A stretch of 11,736 nt of DNA from IMG/VR virus record IMGVR_UViG_2703718803_000007. The stretch is one strand, 5' to 3'. This DNA comes from a virus. Taxonomy: Duplodnaviria > Heunggongvirae > Uroviricota > Caudoviricetes. Both the position numbers and the translations under genes were made by a program. Shown piece by piece: positions 1-7,546 of the stretch; the stretch's first letter is position 1, and the number at the start of each line of letters is the position of its first letter. Under the pieces are notes generated by a model that worked only from the letters and a program-made list of their open reading frames with translations, had not been told where the DNA came from and made no database searches.

Positions 1-359
1 GCAACGAAATTCACCGCATCCAGAAAACGGGCATACACCCGGCGGCGGACCACCGTGGCCCCCACCAGACTCTGCAGGTCCTCCGCCATCCCGGTGACAA
101 GGCCAAACAGATTGGACACCGTCAGCGACGGGCGGGCACTGCTGCCCCGGCCGTTCATCTCAAAGCCGCTGCCGTCAATCGGGTATGCCTCATACTTACG
201 CCCCTGCCAGGTGACCGGCTCCCCTTTTTCATTCAGCTCATTACAGAAAAAATACCGCTCACCACCCTGTACCGTCAGGTCGATTTCCCAGAGTACCACC
301 CGCGGTGACTGCTCTGACTTAACCGACTCGTTCAGACTTTCTTCGCGAATATCCTGCAT
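1..359 (-). CDS. Minor tail protein L (lambda gpL family), N-terminal ~119 codons; gene continues beyond the left edge of the window
   Basis: Manual minus-strand translation from ATG at 357-359 gives MQDIREESLNESVKSEQSPRVVLWEIDLTVQGGERYFFCNELNEKGEPVTWQGRKYEAYPIDGSGFEMNGRGSSARPSLTVSNLFGLVTGMAEDLQSLVGG..., which I recognise as the conserved gpL N-terminus (VTWQGR, GSGFE, GMAED, YARFLDAVNFV-type motifs). The ATG overlaps the upstream M stop by 1 nt (TGATG). The ORF track does not list it because it is truncated by the window edge. Confidence 0.85.
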   Translation of the reverse strand, partial: MQDIREESLNESVKSEQSPRVVLWEIDLTVQGGERYFFCNELNEKGEPVTWQGRKYEAYPIDGSGFEMNGRGSSARPSLTVSNLFGLVTGMAEDLQSLVGATVVRRRVYARFLDAVNFV

Positions 360-700
360 CAGTTCACCACCTGCTCAATCGTACAACTGAAATCACTGTA
401 CCTGGCGTTATCTGTGACGCTCCACTCCCGGCACACCACCCTCACCGTCCGGTTATGTTTCGGCGGTCGCCACAAAAAGGCACGGTAACCACCATGCCAG
501 GATAAAAATTCATCCAGCCAGCGCCGGGTTGGTTCATCCGTCACCCGGAACACCGCCTGAAACGTCTTCAGTCTGGCATTAAGTCCCGTCGGTCGGCGCT
601 GTTCATAACCGTCACCAAACCGAACCCTCACCACCGACGGTTTCTCACTCACCTGCATCCCTTCACGCGGGACCAGATGCAGCGTTTTTATCTCAGCCAC
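359..700 (-). CDS. Minor tail protein M (lambda gpM family)
   Basis: 113-aa ORF with VRFGDGYEQRRPTGLNARLKT...FLSWHGGYRAFLWRPP...C-terminal EQVVN, the pattern of the gpM minor tail family. It sits between tape measure and L exactly as in the lambda tail module. The start overlaps the tape-measure stop (693-700). Confidence 0.85.
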   Translation of the reverse strand: MAEIKTLHLVPREGMQVSEKPSVVRVRFGDGYEQRRPTGLNARLKTFQAVFRVTDEPTRRWLDEFLSWHGGYRAFLWRPPKHNRTVRVVCREWSVTDNARYSDFSCTIEQVVN

Positions 701-3700
701 TCAGCATTCCTCCGTCACGTCGCATGGACAGCATCACCGCCTGCACCCGCTGGTCAATCAGCTGCACAAGACTGCCTGCCGCCTCCGCCCCTATCTGTCC
801 GTTAGCCCCGTCATTCTGAATGGCGATGTGGTAGACCGGGGAATACACCAGACCGGCACTGCCGTTCATACTGCCCACCGCGCGTACGCCCAGCGAGCCA
901 TCCGCCGCCCGGGTCAGGGGCATAATGGCTTCAGGTCCGGCTTCCCCCATCAGCCCGGCCCCTTTTGCAAACGCAAAGTACGTGGGCGTGTCCACAATGC
1001 TGTTGCTGTACGCACTCAGGTTTGCCGAGGTATACACGCCGCCTTTTGCATTGGCCACCGCACCGCCCAGCCAGTCACCAATGCTGCCAATAAATCCTCC
1101 CGCACCGGACATACCGTTTGCCGCCGTCTTAATTCCGTTGACAATCGCGGCATTCATAAGAACTTTTGAGATTTCCTGCAGTACGGATGAGGCCCAGTTG
1201 CGCCATTCCACTTTGTTTCCGTTCAGCATCTCCGTGATGTTATTCACCATCCCTGAGATACCCTCCGTCGCAAGCTGTGCTGCCTGTGAAGCGTAATCGG
1301 ATGCATTGTCCACCCAGTTACTGAGCCCCTCCTGCAAGCCTTTCTGCCAGTCCGCACGCTGCGCATCCGATTCGGCATAAAAGGCTGCCTGGTCCTTAAG
1401 GCGTTCGCTCAGATACTGCGCGTTCTGTGCCCGTGCCTGTCTGTAAAAATCCTCACTGATATCCCCGGTCTGATACTGAGACTGAAGGTCCGCATCCTTC
1501 TGGCGGAAGCTGTCGCGGATCTGCTGCAACTCCCGCATGCGTTCCCTGGCTCGTTCTCCCTGCCCGTATCCCAGCAGTTCGGCTTCATTTGATGCACGCG
1601 CAGCCACATTATCATTCTTCAGGGTCTCTTCCCGGGATCGCAACTGTTCCCGGATTTTTTGCTGGTCAATCAGGGCCGCGTTACGCAGCAGTTCCTGCTT
1701 CTGCATCTCCGTCAGGGTTTTCAGTTCGCCCTGCGCAGTCTGGTACTTCAGCTTCGCCAGCTCTGTATTCTGACCCGCCAGTGCCAGTTGCTCTTTCTGC
1801 TGCTTCAGTAGCCGGGAAAAACTGTCTTCCGCTTTTTCCGTCTCTGATTTTCTACCCCGGGATTTAGGTTTGTTCGCCTCGTTATTACGCCAGGCTTCCA
1901 GAGCATTACTGATATAACGCTGTCTCGCCTCCTGATACGAATCCCCCACAAAACCAAGGTCATCCGCCGCATACCCCAGCCGGGCACGCTCTTTTTCCTC
2001 CCCCTTCAGTCGGGACAGGGCCAGCTCACGTTCTGTTTTTGTCAGGGCGCTCTGCTGTTTATCATCCAGGGTGGCCTGCGGCAGCCGTAACGGTACATTC
2101 ACCAGTCCCTGACGCTGCTGAAGCAGTTCATTCCCCAGCCCCAGCAGACGGTTGAATTCCGTATGCTGACCGTTCATAACCAGCATGGACTGGTACACCT
2201 TATTCTGCTCTGCCGCCTGCTGACGAATTAACGCCACACGACGGTCTTCCAGCCCGGCAAGCACATCCTGAATGGACTGCACTTTTTCCTGCATCTGTGC
2301 CAGACGGGACTGCTCAACGGCAAGCTGCTCTGTTGCCTGAGAAAGCCCTTCCGTCACGGTCTTCACCGATGTCAGATGGTTTATCATGAATCCGTCACCG
2401 GTTGTCCAGCCAGGGTTAGCCAGAACATACTGATATCCAGCGATTTTTTCCTGCAGGGATTTCACCCGGCTGGCCTGTTCATCAATCAGCCGGTTCTGCT
2501 CTGCCAGCGCCGCCCGTGTTCGTCCTTCATTATCTGAGGCTTCAGGCAGAGACATTGACGGCGTTTTATGCGCGATTTCATCTATCGTCAGTGCATACTG
2601 GCGCGCTGACTCCCTGGCCTGCTCCTGATTCTGGTACAGCGTATACCATGCTGCTGCCCCCAGCATCACCAGTCCGGGTACGCCACCAACCAGTCCCAAC
2701 GCACCAGTCATCAGACGTGAGCCCACCGCCGTTGTACTGTTCAGCTCATTCTGGGCTGCGGTTCTGGCAGCAATATTTCTGTTCAGGCGTTCCTGTGTGG
2801 CCGCCAGACGGGCTTCTGCAGCAATCTGCATCTCCGTCCCGCGGGCTGCCGCCACAGCCTGCTGTGCACGGTACACGGCTGCCCTTGCCCGCGCCGTGGC
2901 AATCTGCGTTCCCCTGAACTGTGCTTCCGCCAGTGCAACTTCATTACGTGCAGCCGTCACAAGTCCTGCCGTGGCAGACATCGCTCCGGAGGCCATATTG
3001 CCAAAGTACCGGGCACCCCCGACGGCAACCAGTGCCCCCACGGCTGTTGCCACATTATCAATCTGTCCGGCAACACCGTTCAGCACGCCGGAGAGCGTTT
3101 TCGTCACCCCGCTGGCCTCATTCGCACCGCCCACCCAGGCCATAAAGGCGTTTTCCACCTTCGTGATACTACTGGAAACCGTTTCCGGCATGGCGGCATA
3201 TTCATCACGCAATACCCCCAGCTGGCTGATTAACGCAGGAACGACTTTATCCGCCGTCAGTTTGCCGTCGTCCGCCATCGCCTTAAGGTCTTTACGGGCC
3301 ACGCCCATACCCGCAGCCAGTGCACGTACGATCCGGTCTCCGCTTTCATTGACCGAATTAAATTCCTCACCGCGTAACACACCCTGTGCCAGCGCCTGGC
3401 TGAACTGGGTGATCACCGAGCCCGCCTCTGCCGTACTGGCACCGGAGATTTTCAGCCCCGTGGAAATGGCCTCCGTCACCTTCAGCACATCATCAGCACT
3501 GTAACCATATTCACGCATTGAGGCTGCCGAGCGGGCAAACAGGGCCGCATTATCTGAAAATGCCGTGCCCGTCCGCTGGCTGATATCCATCAGCACTTTC
3601 TGTGATGACGAAAATTCATCGGATGACTGCGACGCCTGTTTCAGTCGGGCATTCACGGAACTCCATTCATCGGCCAGAGAAATCAGGTGTCCGGTGGCAA

Positions 3701-3935
3701 AGGCACCTGCAAATGCCCCCGCCGTTCCGGCAGCTGAAGCGCGGATTTCCGTCAACTGGCTGTTCAGCTCAGCCAGGGCGCGTCGCTGCTCCCGGGCGAC
3801 TGCGGCAGCCTGACGCCCGCCATTCTGCAGGGTCCGGTAATATTCACTGCCCATGCGGGAAGCCCGCTGGATCTCCGACTGGAATGACTGCGAATTTGCC
3901 GAAATTTTGATAATCAGTTCACGTAACGTCGCCAT
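693..3935 (-). CDS. Tail length tape measure protein (lambda gpH-like)
   Basis: 1080-aa ORF, Ala/Gln/Glu-rich with long predicted helical/coiled-coil stretches and a Gly-rich C-terminal region (…IQNDGANGQIGAEAAG…RRDGGMLSG) resembling lambda gpH. Position immediately downstream of the G/G-T chaperone pair and upstream of M/L. Plausible SD (GGAG…AAGGTGA) upstream of the ATG at 3933-3935. Confidence 0.9.
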   Translation of the reverse strand: MATLRELIIKISANSQSFQSEIQRASRMGSEYYRTLQNGGRQAAAVAREQRRALAELNSQLTEIRASAAGTAGAFAGAFATGHLISLADEWSSVNARLKQASQSSDEFSSSQKVLMDISQRTGTAFSDNAALFARSAASMREYGYSADDVLKVTEAISTGLKISGASTAEAGSVITQFSQALAQGVLRGEEFNSVNESGDRIVRALAAGMGVARKDLKAMADDGKLTADKVVPALISQLGVLRDEYAAMPETVSSSITKVENAFMAWVGGANEASGVTKTLSGVLNGVAGQIDNVATAVGALVAVGGARYFGNMASGAMSATAGLVTAARNEVALAEAQFRGTQIATARARAAVYRAQQAVAAARGTEMQIAAEARLAATQERLNRNIAARTAAQNELNSTTAVGSRLMTGALGLVGGVPGLVMLGAAAWYTLYQNQEQARESARQYALTIDEIAHKTPSMSLPEASDNEGRTRAALAEQNRLIDEQASRVKSLQEKIAGYQYVLANPGWTTGDGFMINHLTSVKTVTEGLSQATEQLAVEQSRLAQMQEKVQSIQDVLAGLEDRRVALIRQQAAEQNKVYQSMLVMNGQHTEFNRLLGLGNELLQQRQGLVNVPLRLPQATLDDKQQSALTKTERELALSRLKGEEKERARLGYAADDLGFVGDSYQEARQRYISNALEAWRNNEANKPKSRGRKSETEKAEDSFSRLLKQQKEQLALAGQNTELAKLKYQTAQGELKTLTEMQKQELLRNAALIDQQKIREQLRSREETLKNDNVAARASNEAELLGYGQGERARERMRELQQIRDSFRQKDADLQSQYQTGDISEDFYRQARAQNAQYLSERLKDQAAFYAESDAQRADWQKGLQEGLSNWVDNASDYASQAAQLATEGISGMVNNITEMLNGNKVEWRNWASSVLQEISKVLMNAAIVNGIKTAANGMSGAGGFIGSIGDWLGGAVANAKGGVYTSANLSAYSNSIVDTPTYFAFAKGAGLMGEAGPEAIMPLTRAADGSLGVRAVGSMNGSAGLVYSPVYHIAIQNDGANGQIGAEAAGSLVQLIDQRVQAVMLSMRRDGGMLSG

Positions 3936-3950
3936 TCACCTTTCTCCGGG

Positions 3951-3975
3951 CGTAAAAAAACCGCCTCAGCGGTTC
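3951..3975 (-). terminator. Intrinsic-terminator-like hairpin plus U-tract between the T stop and the tape-measure start
   Basis: Minus-strand RNA reads GAACCGC-UGAG-GCGGUU followed by UUUUUUU (plus strand aaaaaaaccgcctcagcggttc). A 6-bp stem with 4-nt loop lies in the 47-bp T-H intergenic gap. Near-identical to the hairpin at 11291-11320. Confidence 0.5.
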
Positions 3976-3982
3976 TCATCAT

Positions 3983-4662
3983 TCATGACTGTGCTGCGAA
4001 GCTCAGCGCGTCTTCCAGCGCCGCAAACGGATCCACCTCCGGCTTATCCTCATCCTCGCCCCAGCAGAGCATGGCGTCCTTCAGTGCAACATTCATCCCC
4101 TGTGCCCCAAAAACCGCTTTCACGATCTGTGCATTACGGATATCCCCGCGCTCATCACCCAGCGGGGATACCCTGTCGAACTCCATCCACATCATCGCCT
4201 CGCTCACACTCAGGCTGTGCCGCAGTTCGGATAAGGTGCGCCCCAGACGGAGCGCAAGTCGCATCAGAAAGCGAATTTCCGGGCGGGCTACTTTTTTCTG
4301 GCCGACTCTGCATCAGCGATCAGTTCCAGTGCCTGACGCAGCAACCGGGCATGTACCGGACCATAGACGGCCAGCACCTGCTCACGGTCGTCCGGAGCGA
4401 ACACCCGCTGCAGATCCGTATCACACAGGACATCGCAGAACAGCGTCACATCCGCTTCCAGGTTACGGCGGGTTTTCGCCACCACCGACAGGGTATCGTC
4501 ATCCTCTCCATCACCATTGAGCACTTCCTGCCACAGATACCAGGCCTCTGCCGAAGGCTCCCGCAGCACCACGCTGACATTTCTCCATTCCGGCACCTTC
4601 ACCGTTTTATGACGGAACCCCGACAGTCTGGCCAGCGCCAGTGTTTTCAGATCTTTTGCCAT
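3983..4662 (-). CDS. Tail assembly chaperone G-T fusion made by -1 programmed ribosomal frameshift (G frame 4662..~4291, then T frame to 3983)
   Basis: The T-frame ORF (track 3983..4264, MRLALRLGRTLSELRHSL…) is open upstream to the slippery site and lies in the -1 frame relative to G. The slippery heptamer A AAA AAG sits at the last two G codons. This is the conserved G/G-T arrangement of long-tailed phages. Confidence 0.7.
4288..4662 (-). CDS. Tail assembly chaperone (lambda gpG-like)
   Basis: 124-aa acidic ORF immediately upstream of the tape measure and downstream of the major tail gene. It ends …ADAESARKK* with the slippery site in its last codons. Start ATG 4660-4662 lies 5 nt after the major tail stop. 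Confidence 0.8.
   Translation of the reverse strand: MAKDLKTLALARLSGFRHKTVKVPEWRNVSVVLREPSAEAWYLWQEVLNGDGEDDDTLSVVAKTRRNLEADVTLFCDVLCDTDLQRVFAPDDREQVLAVYGPVHARLLRQALELIADAESARKK
4291..4297 (-). promoter_or_regulatory. -1 programmed frameshift slippery heptamer A AAA AAG (G to G-T)
   Basis: Plus strand ctttttt at 4291-4297 is minus-strand sense A AAA AAG in the G reading frame (AGA AAA AAG TAG). A -1 slip continues as AAA AAA GTA GCC CGC CCG … = KKVARPEIRFLMRLALR…, which joins the T ORF. Confidence 0.65.
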
Positions 4663-4667
4663 AAGCC

Positions 4668-5384
4668 TTATCCGCCCGCACCATTAACCGTTACTGTACA
4701 CGCATCAGAGGTAATGCTCTGCGGCTGTTCTGCAGAATCCGTTACCTCGCAGGTATAAGCCCCCTTATCACCTGACTGCGTATTGGCTTTACTGAAAGTG
4801 TCAGTAGTCTGTCCCTCTACCGGCTGACCATCCTTCTTCCAGGCGTGTTTATAAGGCGGCGTTCCCCCGTTGACACTGACTGACATTGTCAGCAGCGCAC
4901 CGGTATTCACGGTAAGTGTCTTCTCCAGATTTTTCACAAACGCCAGCGGTACCACATAGGACACCAGTTTACCCTTCAGGCGAAGTGAAAACGTTGCAGC
5001 CACCACGCCGTTGGTACCGGATGACCAGGTGTGCTGACGCACTTCCGCCAGGAACTTAAAGCCCTTACCGGACGGAAACTGCACCTTAAACGCATACACC
5101 GTGTCATTGTCATAGGCATCACGCAGGGCGTTCTGGGCCTGATTCAGATAAAAATTACCCGACATGGAAATCTCGGACGACGCCCCCAGACCGTTGATGT
5201 TCTCCTGCTCTGTGGAGCAGAGCGTGGTCACATCAATATCCTGTTTCTGACCGGCGGTGAACTGGACTTCCTTGATGGTGCAGTCCAGGCGCAGATATTC
5301 CGCCTTATCCATAGTTTCAGCAGTCGCCGGGGCAGATGAAATCATCACCTGCGTCAGCTGTGAGCGTTCATACAAAGCAGACAT
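4668..5384 (-). CDS. Major tail (tube) protein with C-terminal Ig-like domain
   Basis: The track ORF is 4668..5453, but the first 23 codons run through the upstream hairpin and U-tract. The likely start is ATG 5382-5384 (MSALYERSQLTQ…), preceded by AGGAGG at 5388-5393. The C-terminal ~80 aa (…GGTPPYKHAWKKDGQPVEGQTTDTFSKANTQSGDKGAYTCEVTDSAEQPQSITSDACTVTV) has the Y-x-C Ig-like signature common on siphovirus major tail proteins. Position is immediately upstream of G. Confidence 0.8.
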   Translation of the reverse strand: MSALYERSQLTQVMISSAPATAETMDKAEYLRLDCTIKEVQFTAGQKQDIDVTTLCSTEQENINGLGASSEISMSGNFYLNQAQNALRDAYDNDTVYAFKVQFPSGKGFKFLAEVRQHTWSSGTNGVVAATFSLRLKGKLVSYVVPLAFVKNLEKTLTVNTGALLTMSVSVNGGTPPYKHAWKKDGQPVEGQTTDTFSKANTQSGDKGAYTCEVTDSAEQPQSITSDACTVTVNGAGG

Positions 5385-5400
5385 TCTGCCTCCTGATAAT

Positions 5401-5422
5401 AAAAAACCCGCACGCGGCGGGG
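5401..5422 (-). terminator. Terminator-like hairpin plus U6 immediately upstream of the major tail gene RBS
   Basis: Minus-strand RNA reads CCCGC-CGCGUG-CGGG followed by UUUUUU, then AUUAUCAGGAGGCAGA-AUG. It lies in the 65-bp gap between the tail terminator gene stop (5450) and the major tail start. Confidence 0.4.
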
Positions 5423-5449
5423 TATGGGTTTTGTAGAAAAAAGAAAAAG

Positions 5450-5794
5450 TCACACCGTGACCTGAAACTCCAGGGTTGCACGGTAACAGCGGTTTTCCGG
5501 AATATAGTCCTGCATTTCACTGACGGATCCCGGGGCCAGCAGCATTATGGCTTCACGGGCGTCCTGACGTATCTGACGCGCCTGCGTCACAGTCCCGGCA
5601 TAAACGTCTATCTGCACCGACACTGAGGACTCCGCCTGCCCGCCCATCACGTCCGCCGACACCGATGAAATCAGGCTGAAAACCACCCACGGAAGCGCCA
5701 CCGACGGCCTGCCATCCAGCAGGGGGACCACATACGGGTACACCTGCCCGCCGGCAAGATGCGCCAGATGAGGATACAAATCCGCCTCCGTCAT
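5450..5794 (-). CDS. Probable tail terminator / tail completion protein (gpU-like role, DUF3168-like)
   Basis: 114-aa ORF directly upstream of the major tail gene, the conserved position of the tail terminator. Its start overlaps the upstream stop (tcat at 5791-5794 = ATGA). Family assignment is from position and size plus a loose sequence pattern only. Confidence 0.55.
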   Translation of the reverse strand: MTEADLYPHLAHLAGGQVYPYVVPLLDGRPSVALPWVVFSLISSVSADVMGGQAESSVSVQIDVYAGTVTQARQIRQDAREAIMLLAPGSVSEMQDYIPENRCYRATLEFQVTV

Positions 5795-6237
5795 CGTCTC
5801 AGTACCTCATCAATGGCCCGGTTCATCCGCGCAATCGCCACCTGTGCCGCCTGTTCACTGCGCACATCAAATGCCGGGCGCACAAACGGGTGCGGTGGCA
5901 TATTCACGGTCCCCATTTCCACAAACCGCCAGTAGAAAGCATTGCGCGGGTTATCCGCCTTCATGGTGTTATCGCTGTTACCGGTGTCCGGATTAACACC
6001 CCGGATATGCACACCGGATTCCATCCCGCCATCGCGGGAGCGCCGGGAAAGGACCACCACATTGCGGCGCAGTTTTCCCCTGCGTACCGGTGCCCGTGAC
6101 ACCACTTCTTCTTTCAGCACATTCGCACCCGCACGGGTTGCCTCACGCAGCACCCGGTTATTTTCTGCACCACTCAGAAGCTGCAAATCGCGGCTGATGT
6201 CCTCCAGCCCCGAAAAATCCAGCAGGGTTTCGATCAT
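5791..6237 (-). CDS. HK97 gp10-family head-tail joining / tail completion protein
   Basis: 148-aa ORF containing …NAFYWRFVEMGTVNMPPHPFVRPAF…, which matches the conserved FVEFGT…PFLRPA core of the HK97 gp10 family. ATGA overlap with the upstream gene at 6234-6237. Confidence 0.7.
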   Translation of the reverse strand: MIETLLDFSGLEDISRDLQLLSGAENNRVLREATRAGANVLKEEVVSRAPVRRGKLRRNVVVLSRRSRDGGMESGVHIRGVNPDTGNSDNTMKADNPRNAFYWRFVEMGTVNMPPHPFVRPAFDVRSEQAAQVAIARMNRAIDEVLRR

Positions 6238-6584
6238 TTTTCACCTCCCAGCCGACAGAGAATTTCCAGACGTCCGCCGGTCGCATCCGGCACGGGCAGC
6301 CCGACAACGTTCAGGATCCGGTCACGCCAGGGACCACTCAGCACATGAAGTCGTGACGCTGCCGTGATTTCCCGACCGGACTGACCGCGCACCCAGATGC
6401 GGATTTCCGCCTGCGCCATTTCCGCACCGGCCTGCATCCGCTCCCGGCTGCTCCTGCCACGGATATCCGCATGAATTTTCCCGCATGACACCCATTCTTC
6501 CGTCATTTCTCCGGCAGCATTACGGGTTAACACCGGGTTCAGAACACTTATCATCTGTGTCAGACGACCTGCAGATATTGCCAT
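6234..6584 (-). CDS. Head-tail adaptor / head closure protein
   Basis: 116-aa ORF (…EEWVSCGKIHADIRGRSSRERMQAGAEMAQAEIRIWVRGQSGREITAASRLHVLSGPWRDRILNVVG…) with the pattern of phage head-tail adaptor proteins. Strong SD GGAGGGAGGA at 6585-6594 directly upstream of ATG 6582-6584. Confidence 0.7.
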   Translation of the reverse strand: MAISAGRLTQMISVLNPVLTRNAAGEMTEEWVSCGKIHADIRGRSSRERMQAGAEMAQAEIRIWVRGQSGREITAASRLHVLSGPWRDRILNVVGLPVPDATGGRLEILCRLGGEK

Positions 6585-6594
6585 TCCTCCCTCC

Positions 6595-6921
6595 TCATAA
6601 CACCGTCGGACAACGCAAATCGTAAATCAGCACGGACACAGAAAACGGCAGTTCCCCCTGCACGAGGTCTTCCCGCTCAGCAAGATCCGGATTCCGGTAC
6701 AGCATCCCGGTCAGTCGCATGGCAGCCCCCTTCATCCGGGTTAATGCCTCGCCCGGGATCAGCTCACCGTCCTCACGAATCACTTTATCCCGGCTGCCCT
6801 GAATGTAGGCCAGCAGCACGGCGGTAGCCTGACGAACCTTGTCCATCAGCATGTCATCATCCGCGTCATGGTCAACACGCAGATGTGCCTTGATCTCTTC
6901 CAGTGTCAGTAATGCCGTCAT
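6595..6921 (-). CDS. Head-tail connector protein (gp6-like)
   Basis: 108-aa ORF beginning MTALLTLEEIKAHLRVDHDADDDMLMDKVRQATAVLLAYIQG, the characteristic LxLEExKxHLRVD-DDDD-L N-terminus of gp6-like connector proteins. ATGA overlap with the upstream ORF at 6918-6921. Confidence 0.7.
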   Translation of the reverse strand: MTALLTLEEIKAHLRVDHDADDDMLMDKVRQATAVLLAYIQGSRDKVIREDGELIPGEALTRMKGAAMRLTGMLYRNPDLAEREDLVQGELPFSVSVLIYDLRCPTVL

Positions 6922-7475
6922 TTTCCGCCTCCTGCATCCCGTCCACGTTTTGCAGCCAGGGTCCAGCCTGATGAATGAGCTTCTCCGGGTTTATCACCGG
7001 TCATACTGTTGCAGTGCCACAGCGAGCCCCCCCACGTCACCGTATCGCCGGGGTGGTAGGTTTCACCGGCTCTGAACACACCGCGGTAGAGCATCACCGG
7101 CAGGGAAAATGTTTTTTCCGTACACTGGCCACTGCTCTGCCGGATCACCACAGAGAACAACCGCTCATCCGTCATGCTGACGTCGATATCCGCCACCCCG
7201 TCAACCAGGCATTCCCATCCCCGCATCCCGTGCGTTTTTTCATACGCCCGCCAGAGTCCACCCAGGTGTGTGGCATACGTGCCCCGGGGAAAGGATTTTT
7301 GATCGTCAATAGCGGGGAGCACTTCCAGTGCCGTGGCATCACGCCCGTCCTGCGGAGCCGGAAGGGCATTCACCGCCTCCAGAACCGCCTGCTTCAGTAC
7401 TTCCGGATCGTAATCACGACCATCACGCGGAGCAGGGATATGGCTTACGGCCTCTTTCACCATCTGCTCAAGCAT
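6918..7475 (-). CDS. Hypothetical phage structural-module protein with PxP[R/Q]DGRD repeats; possibly the frameshifted continuation of ORF 7457..7771
   Basis: 185-aa ORF starting MLEQMVKEAVSHIPAPRDGRDYDPEVLKQAVLEAVNALPAPQDGRDATALEVL…, followed by a ~120-aa C-terminal region (…GDTVTWGGSLWHCNSMTGDKPGEAHSSGWTLAAKRGRDAGGGK). No convincing SD upstream of its ATG, and it overlaps the upstream ORF by 19 nt in the -1 frame. No family recognised. Confidence 0.5.
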   Translation of the reverse strand: MLEQMVKEAVSHIPAPRDGRDYDPEVLKQAVLEAVNALPAPQDGRDATALEVLPAIDDQKSFPRGTYATHLGGLWRAYEKTHGMRGWECLVDGVADIDVSMTDERLFSVVIRQSSGQCTEKTFSLPVMLYRGVFRAGETYHPGDTVTWGGSLWHCNSMTGDKPGEAHSSGWTLAAKRGRDAGGGK

Positions 7476-7546
7476 CGGAAATTCGCAACCGCATCATTCA
7501 CCGCCTGCTGCAGTACATCCGGATCATAATCACGACCATCACGCGG
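7338..7546 (-). repeat. Three tandem copies of a coding repeat (core PxP[R/Q]DGRD-x5-VL) spanning the junction of two overlapping ORFs
   Basis: Plus-strand cores atcacgaccatcacgcgg occur at 7529-7546 and 7413-7430 (identical 18-mers), with a diverged copy atcacgcccgtcctgcgg at 7338-7355. Flanks are also similar (ccggatcataatcacg vs ccggatcgtaatcacg). Spacing is 116 bp between copies 1 and 2 (not a multiple of 3) and 75 bp between copies 2 and 3 (in frame). Confidence 0.7.

Noticed and set aside
693-3935. Minus-strand ORFs nested in other frames inside the tape measure gene (1409..1615, 1805..1987)
   Set aside because: They are fully contained within the 1080-aa tape measure ORF in alternative frames, with no independent signals.
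3853-4758. Long plus-strand ORF (301 aa) and other plus-strand ORFs (55..390, 2797..3504, 6975..7529, 9845..10381 and others)
   Set aside because: All lie antisense to well-supported minus-strand structural genes. Their translations are Pro/Arg/Ser/Ala-rich and low in complexity, typical of shadow ORFs in GC-rich coding DNA, and none has an SD or family signature.
4668-5453. Major tail ORF start at 5453 as given by the ORF track
   Set aside because: The first 23 codons (MTFSFFYKTHTPPRAGFLLSGGR) are translated through the upstream hairpin and U-tract and lack an RBS. ATG 5382-5384, preceded by AGGAGG, is the more credible start.
7457-7496. Programmed -1 frameshift joining the 104-aa and 185-aa ORFs
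   Set aside because: The 185-aa ORF is in the -1 frame, but the window between its upstream in-frame stop (7494-7496) and the 104-aa ORF stop contains no X XXY YYZ heptamer (only AAT TTC CGA). Not called as programmed; an indel or two separate genes is more parsimonious.
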